Shown here one piece after another: positions 1-9,154 of a stretch of DNA of 64,000 nucleotides. The stretch's first letter is position 1. Each line of letters opens with the position of its first letter. Source of the DNA: Oscillospiraceae bacterium (GTDB lineage: Bacteria > Bacillota > Clostridia > Oscillospirales > Ruminococcaceae); NCBI GenBank assembly GCA_020024285.1, contig JAHHTZ010000008.1:281-64280 (forward strand), written 5' to 3'. Under the pieces are notes generated by a model. That model did no database searches and was not told the origin of the DNA. It saw only the letters and a program-made list of their open reading frames with translations. The translations under genes and the position numbers were made by a program.

Positions 1-8
1 CAAAGAAA

Positions 9-881
9 GTGAGGTCTACCAAGGTGAGGCATAAAAGTACATTTCGCAGCTCACCGCGCCGGAGTCCGCAGACAATCGCCACGTTATCGATTCTGGCAGT
101 TTCATTTGCTGTGGCACTGGGTGGTGCCTATTATTGGGATTCTGTTCAGCAGAAGGACGGCAATGAAATGATTTCGGTGCAGGAAGAAGAGAAAGAAAAT
201 ATGGATGCACAAGATCCTCCTGCTCCCAAGGAAAAATCGGAAGAACCTGCGGCACAGCCCGAAGAGCAAACCCCGACCACGGTCGTTGCGGCGTGTGACT
301 GGGTAGACAGTGCTTACTTTACAGATGCTGCATTTGTGGGAGATTCTCTGACGCAGGGCATCCAGCTTTATGAGATCATGGATACCAATGTTGTTGCAAA
401 TCGCGGGATCAATCTCAGCTCCGTGATGGACCCCGAAAAGATCCCGACAGCCAACGGTCCCAGCAGTGTTTTCAAGGAACTGGAGCGCATCCAGCCAAAG
501 AAAATCTATATCCTGCTTGGGGCAAACGACATAAGCTGGAGAGATGAAACAAATTTTAAGAATGCCTATGGAAATCTTGTGGATGAGGTGAAAAAACAGC
601 ACCCGGATGCGCTTTTGTACCTTCAGTCCATGCTGCCTGTGACAGAGGAGTATTCCAACAAGGACAACGGCATCAGCAACGAAAAATTGACCCACTACAA
701 CGAACTGATTTTGCAGATCGCAGAGGAAAAGGGAGCCTACTATCTCGACGTGGCTTCCTGCCTTCGGGATGAAAGCGGCGCGCTGCCTTCCGATGTCAGC
801 CCGGACGGGATGCATCTGAATGCTCCGACCTACCGCAAATGGTTCGACTATCTGAAAACTCATGTGGTGCAAGAAGCATAA
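9..881 (+). CDS. membrane-anchored SGNH/GDSL-family hydrolase
   Basis: N-terminal TM segment (IATLSILAVSFAVALGGAYYW). SGNH blocks FVGDSLTQG, GANDI and DGMHLN are present. The start is uncertain because the GTG at 9 sits at the window edge and the frame is open to position 1. Confidence 0.75.
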   Translation: MRSTKVRHKSTFRSSPRRSPQTIATLSILAVSFAVALGGAYYWDSVQQKDGNEMISVQEEEKENMDAQDPPAPKEKSEEPAAQPEEQTPTTVVAACDWVDSAYFTDAAFVGDSLTQGIQLYEIMDTNVVANRGINLSSVMDPEKIPTANGPSSVFKELERIQPKKIYILLGANDISWRDETNFKNAYGNLVDEVKKQHPDALLYLQSMLPVTEEYSNKDNGISNEKLTHYNELILQIAEEKGAYYLDVASCLRDESGALPSDVSPDGMHLNAPTYRKWFDYLKTHVVQEA

Positions 882-890
882 GGAGGAACA

Positions 891-1367
891 ATGATGAAAC
901 AGTTTGGTAAAGTGATGGCTTTGGCTTTGGGCCTTGTGATGATCCTGGGATTTTCCGGGTGCGGAAAATCGGAATACATCTCGTTTGATGATGTACACAA
1001 CGACCTGATCGAAAATGTGGACTTTGGGGACAACATGGCTGAGATGAGCGACAAAGCACTGGAAAACTTCTACTTTGTTTACGATAAAGACATTCTCGAA
1101 GATTATGTGATCTACATGGATTCTTCCAATGCAACACCGAATGAGATCGCCCTGTTCCGCCTCAAAAAGGAAAGCGACGTCACCACAATGGAAACCATTG
1201 TGAAAAACCGCATCAACGATTTGAAGGTTGGATTTGTGGACTACAATCCGGACGAAATGTACAAGCTCGAAAATGCAGTTGTAAAAACAAAAGACAACTA
1301 TGTGATGATGGTCATCAGCAACGACAACAAAAAAGCAGCCGAGATCATCAATAAATATCTCAAATAG
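891..1367 (+). CDS. lipoprotein, DUF4358-like
   Basis: AAGGAGGA RBS just upstream. Signal peptide with lipobox (LGFSGC). The family assignment is from memory of similar clostridial lipoproteins. Confidence 0.65.
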   Translation: MMKQFGKVMALALGLVMILGFSGCGKSEYISFDDVHNDLIENVDFGDNMAEMSDKALENFYFVYDKDILEDYVIYMDSSNATPNEIALFRLKKESDVTTMETIVKNRINDLKVGFVDYNPDEMYKLENAVVKTKDNYVMMVISNDNKKAAEIINKYLK

Positions 1368-1384
1368 CAGAGAAATCGGTTAAG

Positions 1385-1424
1385 AAAAAGCGGGATCGAA
1401 GTTTACTTCGATCCCGCTTTTTTG
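1385..1424. terminator. bidirectional rho-independent terminator
   Basis: Near-perfect hairpin aaagcgggatcgaagt/acttcgatcccgcttt followed by a T-run, lying between convergent genes. Confidence 0.65.
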
Positions 1425-1453
1425 AGCAGATACAGGAGATTTTATCGATCCTG

Positions 1454-2263
1454 TTAGTCGTATTCCTTTGTATTGAGTGCAAAAATCAGGCTGTATGCTC
1501 CGCACAGGGCAGCGAGCACCCATTGCGACATGGGGAGCGTGGAAACCTTTTGCAGAGTAAAAAGCTGGCTGAGTCCAAGAAGGATGCCGCACAGCGCACC
1601 GGAAAATCCGAAAGCCGTGAGATACCGCACCCCTTTTACCGGGTTGATTTGGCGGATGATGCGCGCCTGCCCGAGAAGGAAGAGCGAGAAAAACAGCAAA
1701 GTCAAAAGCCACAGCACACGGTCAGAAAAATCGGCGATCTGCGGATATGCCATAAATTGCTGGGCGCAATAAACGATTGCCCAGACGGACGGCATCAGCA
1801 GGGCAGCCGTTCTGCGCACCGGCTTTCCTCCGGAATAGCCCATCGCAAAGGAAAAGAAGGTGGCAGACGCTGCAAGACCCAGGAAGAGAAAGAGCAGCCT
1901 TCCGAGAGCAGGCAGCAGGTGGGCGGTGAGATAGGAAAGCGGGTCCTGCCATTCCATCAAAAGCCGCAAAAAGCGCCAGAACGACATCGCGGACTGAAGC
2001 AGGACAGCAGCGCCCATCACAAGCGAGGCAGCCGATAAAACCGGCTTGTTTTTTGGCTCAAACGAAGCAGGGCGCATCCGAAACATGCCATAGCCGACCA
2101 TGATGACCAGACACAACAGCAGCAGCGTATTGTACAAAGGGACGGTGAAGCTGTTGGAATCATAGAATCCGGTTGCAGGGTCGATGCCGCGGAACACCAG
2201 AAAAATACGCAAGGGCAGGCACACAGCCAAACCGATGATAAAGAAATATTTACTCCAGTTCAT
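1454..2263 (-). CDS. polytopic membrane protein, unknown function
   Basis: Long ORF with many hydrophobic segments. ATG at 2263 (MNWSKYFF...) follows an AGGAG. The track start at 2272 is a TTG placed too close to the RBS. Confidence 0.6.
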   Translation of the reverse strand: MNWSKYFFIIGLAVCLPLRIFLVFRGIDPATGFYDSNSFTVPLYNTLLLLCLVIMVGYGMFRMRPASFEPKNKPVLSAASLVMGAAVLLQSAMSFWRFLRLLMEWQDPLSYLTAHLLPALGRLLFLFLGLAASATFFSFAMGYSGGKPVRRTAALLMPSVWAIVYCAQQFMAYPQIADFSDRVLWLLTLLFFSLFLLGQARIIRQINPVKGVRYLTAFGFSGALCGILLGLSQLFTLQKVSTLPMSQWVLAALCGAYSLIFALNTKEYD

Positions 2264-2411
2264 ATTATACAACTCCTAATAATCAAGCGATATACAGCGT
2301 AAATTATAACACGGAACCCTCTCTTTGTATAGAGGAACTTCGCGCACAGCGACATATTTAAGGGACAGGCTGAATAAACTGAAACCATCAAGCAGGATGG
2401 GAGGAAGTTTT

Positions 2412-3467
2412 ATGCGATTTTATGGGATCTGCATCTTGATGCTCACGGCGGTGCTGATCGTGCTGCCTTTGCTTACACAGGAAAATCAGCCGCAGGCGCT
2501 GCAAAACGAGGAGGTGTTTTCTGAGGAAAAACCCCTCGTCGCTTTGGTGAGCGACTGGGAACAGCAGCCGCTTGCACTTCCTAAAGTGGAGCAGGAGTTA
2601 TCAAAGGTGCATGTTCGCAAAAAGCAGCTTCAAATAAAAAATGCTTCGACCGGGAAAAATGAGCGCATGGATTTGGAGGATTTTGTAAAGGGCGCCGTTT
2701 GCAGCGAGATGCCGGCAACCTTCCACATCGAGGCGCTCAAGGCGCAGGCGGTCAGCGCGCGGACATGGGCGTGTTATCAGCAGCAGTGGCAGGAAAAACA
2801 TCCCGACCCCAAATTATCCGGTGCAGATTTTCAGTCCGACCCCGACAACTGGAAGGGTTATGTGACAAAAAAGCAGGCCAAGGAACGCTTTCAGGATCAC
2901 TTTGAGGAATGGTGGGGGCTGATCGCTCAGGCAGCAGAGGAAACAAAGGGACAGATCATGTGCTGGGAGGATGAGCCGATCGCGGCGGCATACCATGCCA
3001 TCAGTCCCGGACGCACGGAGGATGCATACAATGTATGGGGGAGAAGCATCCCATATCTAAAGCCGGTCCCAAGCCGCGGGGATCAGCTTGCACCGGGATA
3101 TGAAGAAACAAAAACCGTATCGCAGCAGGAGATGAAAGAGCTTCTCAAGGGCTTCGGAGCAGTCCTCGGCGACGACCCTTCCACATGGATCAAGATCGAA
3201 AGCCGCTCTCCCGGCGGATTTGTTTTGAATATGACAGTAGGAGGTGCCGCGATAAGCGGGCTCAATTTTCGCGAAAAATGCGCCCTGCGCTCGAGCTGCT
3301 TTACCATCGATTACCGCAACGGGACGTTTTCCATCACCACACAGGGATATGGACATGGCGTGGGACTCAGCCAGTACGGGGCGGATTTTATGGCACGTCA
3401 GGGCAGCAGCTATCAGGAGATCCTCGAACATTACTACCCAGGCGCGAAACTCTGTCAAATGAATTGA
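2412..3467 (+). CDS. spoIID: stage II sporulation protein D (SpoIID/LytB-domain lytic transglycosylase)
   Basis: SpoIID-type motifs (VSARTWA..., AAYHAISPGRTED, GYGHGVGLSQYGA). N-terminal TM anchor. GGGAGGAAG RBS before the ATG at 2412. Confidence 0.85.
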   Translation: MRFYGICILMLTAVLIVLPLLTQENQPQALQNEEVFSEEKPLVALVSDWEQQPLALPKVEQELSKVHVRKKQLQIKNASTGKNERMDLEDFVKGAVCSEMPATFHIEALKAQAVSARTWACYQQQWQEKHPDPKLSGADFQSDPDNWKGYVTKKQAKERFQDHFEEWWGLIAQAAEETKGQIMCWEDEPIAAAYHAISPGRTEDAYNVWGRSIPYLKPVPSRGDQLAPGYEETKTVSQQEMKELLKGFGAVLGDDPSTWIKIESRSPGGFVLNMTVGGAAISGLNFREKCALRSSCFTIDYRNGTFSITTQGYGHGVGLSQYGADFMARQGSSYQEILEHYYPGAKLCQMN

Positions 3468-3492
3468 AATTTTATGAAAACGAAAAATATAA

Positions 3493-3520
3493 TTGACTTT
3501 TGCGTTTGATTTGATATAAT
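3493..3520 (+). promoter_or_regulatory. sigma-A-type promoter candidate for the arsR/ATPase operon
   Basis: TTGACT, a 16-nt spacer, then TGaTATAAT (extended -10). Confidence 0.45.
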
Positions 3521-3533
3521 GAAATCAGAACAC

Positions 3534-3550
3534 ATGAATAGATGTTCATA
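3534..3550. promoter_or_regulatory. ArsR/SmtB-type operator candidate 1
   Basis: Imperfect inverted repeat ATGAATA-GA-TGTTCAT just downstream of the -10. Confidence 0.4.
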
Positions 3551-3603
3551 TATAATAAAAATGACCCCTTCCGAATGAGGAAGGGGATTTTCAGAACAAA
3601 TAT

Positions 3604-3620
3604 ATGAATAAATGCTCATA
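3604..3620. promoter_or_regulatory. ArsR/SmtB-type operator candidate 2
   Basis: Imperfect inverted repeat ATGAATA-AA-TGCTCAT with TATAT flanks, located 18 nt upstream of the arsR ATG. Confidence 0.4.
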
Positions 3621-3637
3621 TATAGAATGGAGGCATT

Positions 3638-4033
3638 ATGGAAGAGGAAAAAAAATGTCCGTATACAGGGGACGAGGAAGTGTGCCTGGAGTGCCACCAC
3701 CATTTGGCACTTGTCAATAAAATGCGCAATCAGATGCCAAGTCAGGACGAGCTGGAACGAACAGCAGAACTTTTTAAGGTTTTCGGCGATCCGACGAGGA
3801 TGCAGATTTTGATGGCGCTGCTGTATCAGGAGATGTGTGTCTGCGATATCAGCGACCTTTTGGGAATGTCGCAATCTGCAATTTCGCATCAGCTGCGCCT
3901 GCTGCGCTCCAGCAGATTGGTCAAAAACCGACGCGAAGGAAAATCGATTTACTATTCGCTTGATGACAGCCATGTAGAAACCATCATCGCACAAGGCTTA
4001 GAGCATACACGACATGGAGAACGCAAGCAGTGA
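3638..4033 (+). CDS. ArsR/SmtB-family metal-sensing transcriptional repressor (CadC/CzrA-like)
   Basis: Winged-helix signature ELFKVFGDPTRMQILMAL...CVCDISDLLGMSQSAISHQLRLLR. N-terminal Cys/His cluster. GGAGG RBS. Confidence 0.9.
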   Translation: MEEEKKCPYTGDEEVCLECHHHLALVNKMRNQMPSQDELERTAELFKVFGDPTRMQILMALLYQEMCVCDISDLLGMSQSAISHQLRLLRSSRLVKNRREGKSIYYSLDDSHVETIIAQGLEHTRHGERKQ

Positions 4034-4069
4034 TTTGGAGCAATCTTTTTTTGAAAGGGAGGATCAAGA

Positions 4070-6769
4070 ATGAAAAATAAGAACGAATTGGATCAAATAA
4101 AGGAGCACCACAAGCACGGCGAAGAGGAGGATTGCGGCTGTGCATTGTGCCAGATGAAGCATCTGGGCGTGGACGAAGAAGATGAAACTTGCCACGAGCA
4201 CGAGCATTGTCATCACGATCACGAGCACTGCCACCATGACCACGCGCATTCCCACGACGAAGAGGACGACTGCGGCTGTGCGCTGTGCCAGATGAAGCAT
4301 TTGGGCGTGGAAGAGGAAGATGAAACCTGCCACGAGCATGAGCACTGCAACCATGACCATGAGCATTGCCACCATGACCACGAGCATTGCCATCACGACC
4401 ACGCTCATTCCCACAACGAAGAGGAGGACTGCGGCTGTGCATTGTGCCAGATGAAGCATCTGGGCGTGGACGAGGAAGATGAAACCTGCCACGAGCATGA
4501 GCATTGCCATCACAATCACGAGCACTGCCACCATGACCATGAACACTGCCACCACGAGCACTGCCATCATGACCACGCACATTCCCACGACGAAGAGGAC
4601 GACTGCGGCTGTGCACTGTGCCAGATGAAGCATCTGAGCGTGGAAGAGGAAGATGAAACTTGCCACGAGCATGAGCACTGCCATCACGACCACGAGCACT
4701 GCCACCATGACCACGCACATTCCCACGACGAAGAGGACGACTGCGGCTGTGCGCTGTGCCAGATGAAGCATCTGGGCGTGGACGAAGAAGATGAAACTTG
4801 CCACGAGCACGAGCACTGCCACCATGACCACGCACATTCCCACAACGAAGAGGAGGACTGCGGCTGTGCGCTGTGTGAGATGAAGCGTACCTCCGTTTCC
4901 CACCCGGAAGAACAGAAGAAAAAAGCAGCGAAATGGACCGAACAGAAGATCCTGGCGGTTCTTGCAGGAGCTTCTGCGGTTGTGATCGCCTTCGGGTTTC
5001 TTGGCATCCCTCAATGGCTCAAAGCGGCTTTGTATCTTGTTTTGATCCTCCTTTGGGGCGGTCCCCTGCTCAAGCGCGGGGTATCGAGCCTGCGCCGCAT
5101 GAGCCTCGACGAAAATATGCTGATGAGCATTGCAGTGGTTGCCGCATTTGTGCTTGGAGAATATTTTGAAGCACTGATGGTGACGATCCTGTTTCGCATC
5201 GGGGAGTTTTTGGAAGAAAAAGCGGTCAAGAAAAGCCGCAAGGATATTGCACACGCGGTCAATATTCGTCCGCAGAAGGCCAATCGAATCAACAAACAGG
5301 GAGAAGTGCAGGAAATTGCATCGCGCTCCCTCAAAATCGGAGATACCATCCAAATCAAGGTGGGGGATCGTGTTCCGGTAGACTGCCGCATCCTCAAGGG
5401 AGAATCCACGATGGACCGCTCTGCCATCACCGGCGAATCCGTGGCGGTCGGCGTTCAGGAGGGCGATGTCCTGCTCTCCGGAGAGGTGAATCTGTCCGGC
5501 GTTCTGACCTGCCGCTGCGAGAGCACATTCGAAAATTCTACTGCGAGCCGCATCATCCAAATGGTGGAGGAATCCGTGGCTCAAAAGGGAAAAACAGAAA
5601 AGCTCATCACACGCTTTGCAAAATTCTATACCCCGATCGTGGTGGTGCTTGCTGTGATCACAGCCGTCCTTCCGCCGCTCCTCGGCTATGGCAGATTCTC
5701 CGACTGGACCATCCGCGCCCTTGTGTTCCTCGTTGCGTCCTGTCCGTGCGCCCTCGTGATCTCCGTCCCGCTGGCATTTTTCTCCGGGGTTGGAGCAATC
5801 TCCAAGCAGGGCGTCATCATCAAGGGAACAAAGTTCCTCGAGCCGCTGTCCAAGGTGGACTGCGTTGTCTTTGATAAAACAGGGACGCTTACCACCGGAG
5901 AGCTGACGGTTTCTGACGCAGAACCGCTGGACGAACGGTACGACTTTCGCGCGATTACTGCCCTTGCAGAGAGCTTCAGCAGCCATCCTGTGGCGCAGGC
6001 GATTTGCAGGGACTTTGGAAAAAGCAGCATCCCGCAGGAGGAAGTTTCAAACGCACAGGAGATGGCAGGCAAGGGTGTATCGCTTATCTGGCAGGGAAAA
6101 CGCGTTCTGTGCGGCTCTGCCCGCCTGATGCAGGAGCATGGCATCGACCTTGGCAAAGCACCGCAGGCGAATGTCTATACCGCGGTGGACAATACCCTGA
6201 TCGGCACAGTTACCCTGTCCGATATCCCGCGCAGCGACGCTGCCCAGACGCTTAAAACGCTCAAAGCACTCGGCGTGAAGAAGACAGTGATGCTCACAGG
6301 CGACGGCGCCGCTTCCTCCGAAGCGGTGAAGCAGCTTGTCGGAGCGGATGAGGTGCATTTTGGGCTGATGCCGCAGGACAAAGCACAGATCCTCGGAAAA
6401 ATCAAACAGGAAGGAAGGACTGTCGCATTTGTGGGCGACGGGATCAACGATGCACCGGTCATCGCTGCCGCAGATGTCGGATTTGCAATGGGTCTTGGTA
6501 CCGATGCTGCCATCGAATCGGCGGACGGTGTCCTGATGTCCAACAGTCTGTCTGCCCTTGCAAGGGTGATCAGCATTTCCCGCCGGACCCTGCGCGTTGT
6601 AAAGGGAAACATCCTGTTCATCCTCCTTTCCAAGTTTCTTGTTATGGCATTGGGCGTTGCAGGCTTTGCACCGATGTGGCTGGCAGTGTTTGCTGATGTG
6701 GGTGTCTCCATCGTCACCGTATTCACCAGCGTCCGTATTTTGAAAACAAACCAGCAGAGCGCATTATAA
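4070..6769 (+). CDS. heavy-metal translocating P1B-type ATPase, Zn/Cd/Pb-like, with a repeat-rich His/Cys N-terminal domain
   Basis: TGES, the CPC motif (ASCPCALVIS), DKTGTLT and GDGINDAP are all present. N-x7-K and DVG motifs in the last two TM helices resemble the P1B-2 subgroup. AGGGAGGA RBS. Confidence 0.92.
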   Translation: MKNKNELDQIKEHHKHGEEEDCGCALCQMKHLGVDEEDETCHEHEHCHHDHEHCHHDHAHSHDEEDDCGCALCQMKHLGVEEEDETCHEHEHCNHDHEHCHHDHEHCHHDHAHSHNEEEDCGCALCQMKHLGVDEEDETCHEHEHCHHNHEHCHHDHEHCHHEHCHHDHAHSHDEEDDCGCALCQMKHLSVEEEDETCHEHEHCHHDHEHCHHDHAHSHDEEDDCGCALCQMKHLGVDEEDETCHEHEHCHHDHAHSHNEEEDCGCALCEMKRTSVSHPEEQKKKAAKWTEQKILAVLAGASAVVIAFGFLGIPQWLKAALYLVLILLWGGPLLKRGVSSLRRMSLDENMLMSIAVVAAFVLGEYFEALMVTILFRIGEFLEEKAVKKSRKDIAHAVNIRPQKANRINKQGEVQEIASRSLKIGDTIQIKVGDRVPVDCRILKGESTMDRSAITGESVAVGVQEGDVLLSGEVNLSGVLTCRCESTFENSTASRIIQMVEESVAQKGKTEKLITRFAKFYTPIVVVLAVITAVLPPLLGYGRFSDWTIRALVFLVASCPCALVISVPLAFFSGVGAISKQGVIIKGTKFLEPLSKVDCVVFDKTGTLTTGELTVSDAEPLDERYDFRAITALAESFSSHPVAQAICRDFGKSSIPQEEVSNAQEMAGKGVSLIWQGKRVLCGSARLMQEHGIDLGKAPQANVYTAVDNTLIGTVTLSDIPRSDAAQTLKTLKALGVKKTVMLTGDGAASSEAVKQLVGADEVHFGLMPQDKAQILGKIKQEGRTVAFVGDGINDAPVIAAADVGFAMGLGTDAAIESADGVLMSNSLSALARVISISRRTLRVVKGNILFILLSKFLVMALGVAGFAPMWLAVFADVGVSIVTVFTSVRILKTNQQSAL
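4120..4880 (+). repeat. in-frame tandem repeats encoding His/Cys/Asp/Glu-rich modules
   Basis: tgcggctgtgc (CGC of DCGCALC) recurs at 4133, 4271, 4430, 4604, 4742 and 4859. Unit lengths are 138, 159, 174, 138 and 117 nt. The differences come from gain or loss of HEHCHHD-type sub-repeats. Confidence 0.9.
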
Positions 6770-6873
6770 ACAAAAAATACTGTGCAATTTGTGTATTTTT
6801 TTGTTTGTGTTCTGTAAAAAAATCCAGTATAATGGACGTAAGCAATCACTTATCTGAAAGGAAGATGGAAAAG

Positions 6874-7164
6874 ATGAAAGCATTTGACGTAGTTAAAAAT
6901 GAAGCATTGGACGTTGATTACGATGGCTTTGTTCAGATCATGGAATCCGGACGTCAGGTAGACGTATTCCTGCCGGAAGAGAAAACAGACTCGGACGGTT
7001 ATCTTACATGGGATGTTGAGCATTGGAGCACCACTGCACCGGGCAAATTCATCCGCACCTATACACTCAAGGGCCGTGTGCTCAGAGATTACACCATGCA
7101 CAATGCTTATGACCTGAAAACAGACTTCCATCCGGAACTTGCTGTTAAAATCGAAATCAGCTAA
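6874..7164 (+). CDS. small hypothetical cytoplasmic protein
   Basis: ORF preceded by AAAGGAAG. ATGs at 6865 and 6874 are both possible starts. No recognisable motifs. Confidence 0.5.
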   Translation: MKAFDVVKNEALDVDYDGFVQIMESGRQVDVFLPEEKTDSDGYLTWDVEHWSTTAPGKFIRTYTLKGRVLRDYTMHNAYDLKTDFHPELAVKIEIS

Positions 7165-7185
7165 TGATCGAATCATCAAACATAA

Positions 7186-7222
7186 AAGAGGAGCGATACC
7201 GCGTATCGCTCCTCTTTTTTTG
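7186..7222. terminator. bidirectional rho-independent terminator
   Basis: Hairpin agaggagcgatac/gtatcgctcctct followed by a T-run, between convergent genes. Confidence 0.65.
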
Positions 7223-7239
7223 GATTGCTGCTCTTGCAA

Positions 7240-8217
7240 TCAGCTTTTTTGTCCTGTATGGATGGGGTGCGCCATCGTAGCAAGCGCCTGATCGGAGGTG
7301 GTGGGGTCGTTTGCGCTGTCCGAGAGGACGATCAGCTCACTGGAGGAATTTTCAAAGCGTTCTGCCAGTGCCGATGCCACCTCCGTCGTGGTGGCGCGCA
7401 GCGTGCGCAGGGAGAGGGTGTCCTCCTCGATGCGAAAATAGATCGAAACCCACAGGCGGCGCCCCGTGCGGGTGATGTCGTAGAATGCCGGCTGAAAACG
7501 GTGGCGCAGCAAAATAGCATCACACACGGATTTTACCTCATCGACAAGGCTCTCCTCCGGGGCAAAGAGAAAGACGTCGCAGATGGCGTGCCACAGCATC
7601 ACAAGGGACGGGGGCAGCGTCAGCAGGATGATGACGACGGCAATCAGCTGGTCAAAATAAGGGGAGAGAAAGGCAAGCGGCGTGCGGTCGAGAAAGGTGG
7701 AAGCGAAAAACGCCGCCGCCATCCCGACGCTGTAGATGATGTCCTGCCGCCAGCCCAGCAGCTCCGCCTTGACCGTCGGGGAGGAGAGCGAGCGGTTGAG
7801 ATAGCGCATCCAAAGATAGACAAGGGCGCTCGCCGCTCCAAGCACGAGCTGAAGGAGGGTGATCTGGATGCTGTCTACGGAGTTTCCCCCCGAAAGCGCA
7901 AGCTCGATGCTGCTTACAGAGAGGGTCACCGTCACGGAGAGCATCATGAAGCCCTTGATGATGACAAAGATGGATTCCACCTGCAAAAATCCATAGGGGC
8001 GTTTTTCGGAGATGGGCGTCTGAAACAGCGGTGTGAGGAACAGGGTGAGGATGATGATGACAAGCTCTGATGCATCGTAGGCGGCGTCCATGAGGACCGA
8101 CTGCGAATGCGTATAGATGGCGCAGATGAGCTCCACCACGGCAAAGCCAAGCCCTGCGAGGAAGGAGATCCACAGGATATTTTTTTCGTTTTGTATGGTG
8201 TCTGTGCGAGCGGGCAT
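7240..8217 (-). CDS. cation diffusion facilitator (CDF) family metal efflux transporter
   Basis: MPARTDTIQNEKN... begins six TM helices plus a C-terminal cytoplasmic domain typical of CDF. AAAGAAAGAAGG lies upstream of the ATG at 8217. The longer track ORF extending to 8895 is rejected. Confidence 0.82.
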   Translation of the reverse strand: MPARTDTIQNEKNILWISFLAGLGFAVVELICAIYTHSQSVLMDAAYDASELVIIILTLFLTPLFQTPISEKRPYGFLQVESIFVIIKGFMMLSVTVTLSVSSIELALSGGNSVDSIQITLLQLVLGAASALVYLWMRYLNRSLSSPTVKAELLGWRQDIIYSVGMAAAFFASTFLDRTPLAFLSPYFDQLIAVVIILLTLPPSLVMLWHAICDVFLFAPEESLVDEVKSVCDAILLRHRFQPAFYDITRTGRRLWVSIYFRIEEDTLSLRTLRATTTEVASALAERFENSSSELIVLSDSANDPTTSDQALATMAHPIHTGQKS

Positions 8218-8502
8218 ATCGAGCCTTCTTTCTTTTGATCTCTCGAAAAAGGGGGAGATCCCCCGGTCGGGTGGGAAAATACAGCATGGCAGCATCCGCC
8301 GATTTTTTCCGGTCCTGCCGCGGGGCAGGAGCAAACAGGCTGTCATAGCCGCAGCGGATGCGGTTATTATAGCACAAAAACAGCCTGGAAAAAAGAACAT
8401 CATGCCGAATAACGATAAAATAAGAGGAAGAAAAGCTATGACAGCGAGCGGCTTTGTGCTATCATAGGTGCAAAGCATCAAAATCGAAACGGAGGGAGCA
8501 GG

Positions 8503-9036
8503 ATGTTCCTTTACACGAAACGCCTTGAGCTTCGCAGGATTCGGGAAGATGACTGGGAGAGTGTACAAAAAATCTGGGAGGATTTTGGACGGTCGGACTA
8601 TGCGCAGTACGATAAACCGCACGGCACACAGAGCGACGAAGTCCGTGCAAGGATCGCGCGTTGGGCAAACGAAGCCCACAGCCACGAACATTACTTTTTT
8701 GCTGTCTGCCTTGAAGCGAACATGATCGGGTACGCTGCCTTCAATAAACGGGAGGATTCCTACGAGCTTGGCTACTGCTTTCACTCGGACTATTTCGGAA
8801 ATGGCTACGCAAAGGAAAGCCTTCTTGCGCTCTTTGCGTATCTTCGCACACAGGGGGTCAGGAAAATCACCGCCGGAACTGCGCTTTTGAACCATCCCTC
8901 CGTGCGGCTCCTTCGTTCACTGGGATTTGAGCAGATCGGGGAGGAGGACGTATCGTTCTATCAGGATGCACAGGGGAACGACATCGTCTTTCGGGGTGGT
9001 GTGTTTGCATTGATGATCGAAGAAATGCAGAAATGA
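8503..9036 (+). CDS. GNAT-family N-acetyltransferase (RimJ/RimL-like)
   Basis: N-terminus TKRLELRRIREDDWESV and the GNAT core ...GYCFHSDYFGNGYAKESL.... GGAGGGAG RBS. Confidence 0.82.
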   Translation: MFLYTKRLELRRIREDDWESVQKIWEDFGRSDYAQYDKPHGTQSDEVRARIARWANEAHSHEHYFFAVCLEANMIGYAAFNKREDSYELGYCFHSDYFGNGYAKESLLALFAYLRTQGVRKITAGTALLNHPSVRLLRSLGFEQIGEEDVSFYQDAQGNDIVFRGGVFALMIEEMQK

Positions 9037-9154
9037 TTTTTCCCGAAGAAGCACGAGGCAAATACAGAGAACATTCCAGCCGAGCCCAAGATAACAACAG
9101 GGAAAGAAAAAATCCATGCAAAGTTTTGCATGGATTTTTCTGTACAGCAAACAA

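Noticed and set aside
3984-5986. Long minus-strand ORFs (283 aa at 3984..4835 and 640 aa at 4064..5986), which are Arg/Gly/His-rich or Val/Met-rich.
   Set aside because: They lie antisense to the well-supported P1B-ATPase gene. Their length comes from the stop-poor His/Cys repeat DNA and high GC, they are low-complexity, and they lack an RBS.
8218-8895. N-terminal 226-aa extension of the CDF ORF (the track reports 7240..8895).
   Set aside because: CDF homology starts at MPARTD (ATG at 8217, with an RBS). The extension overlaps the GNAT gene on the opposite strand and has no recognisable features.
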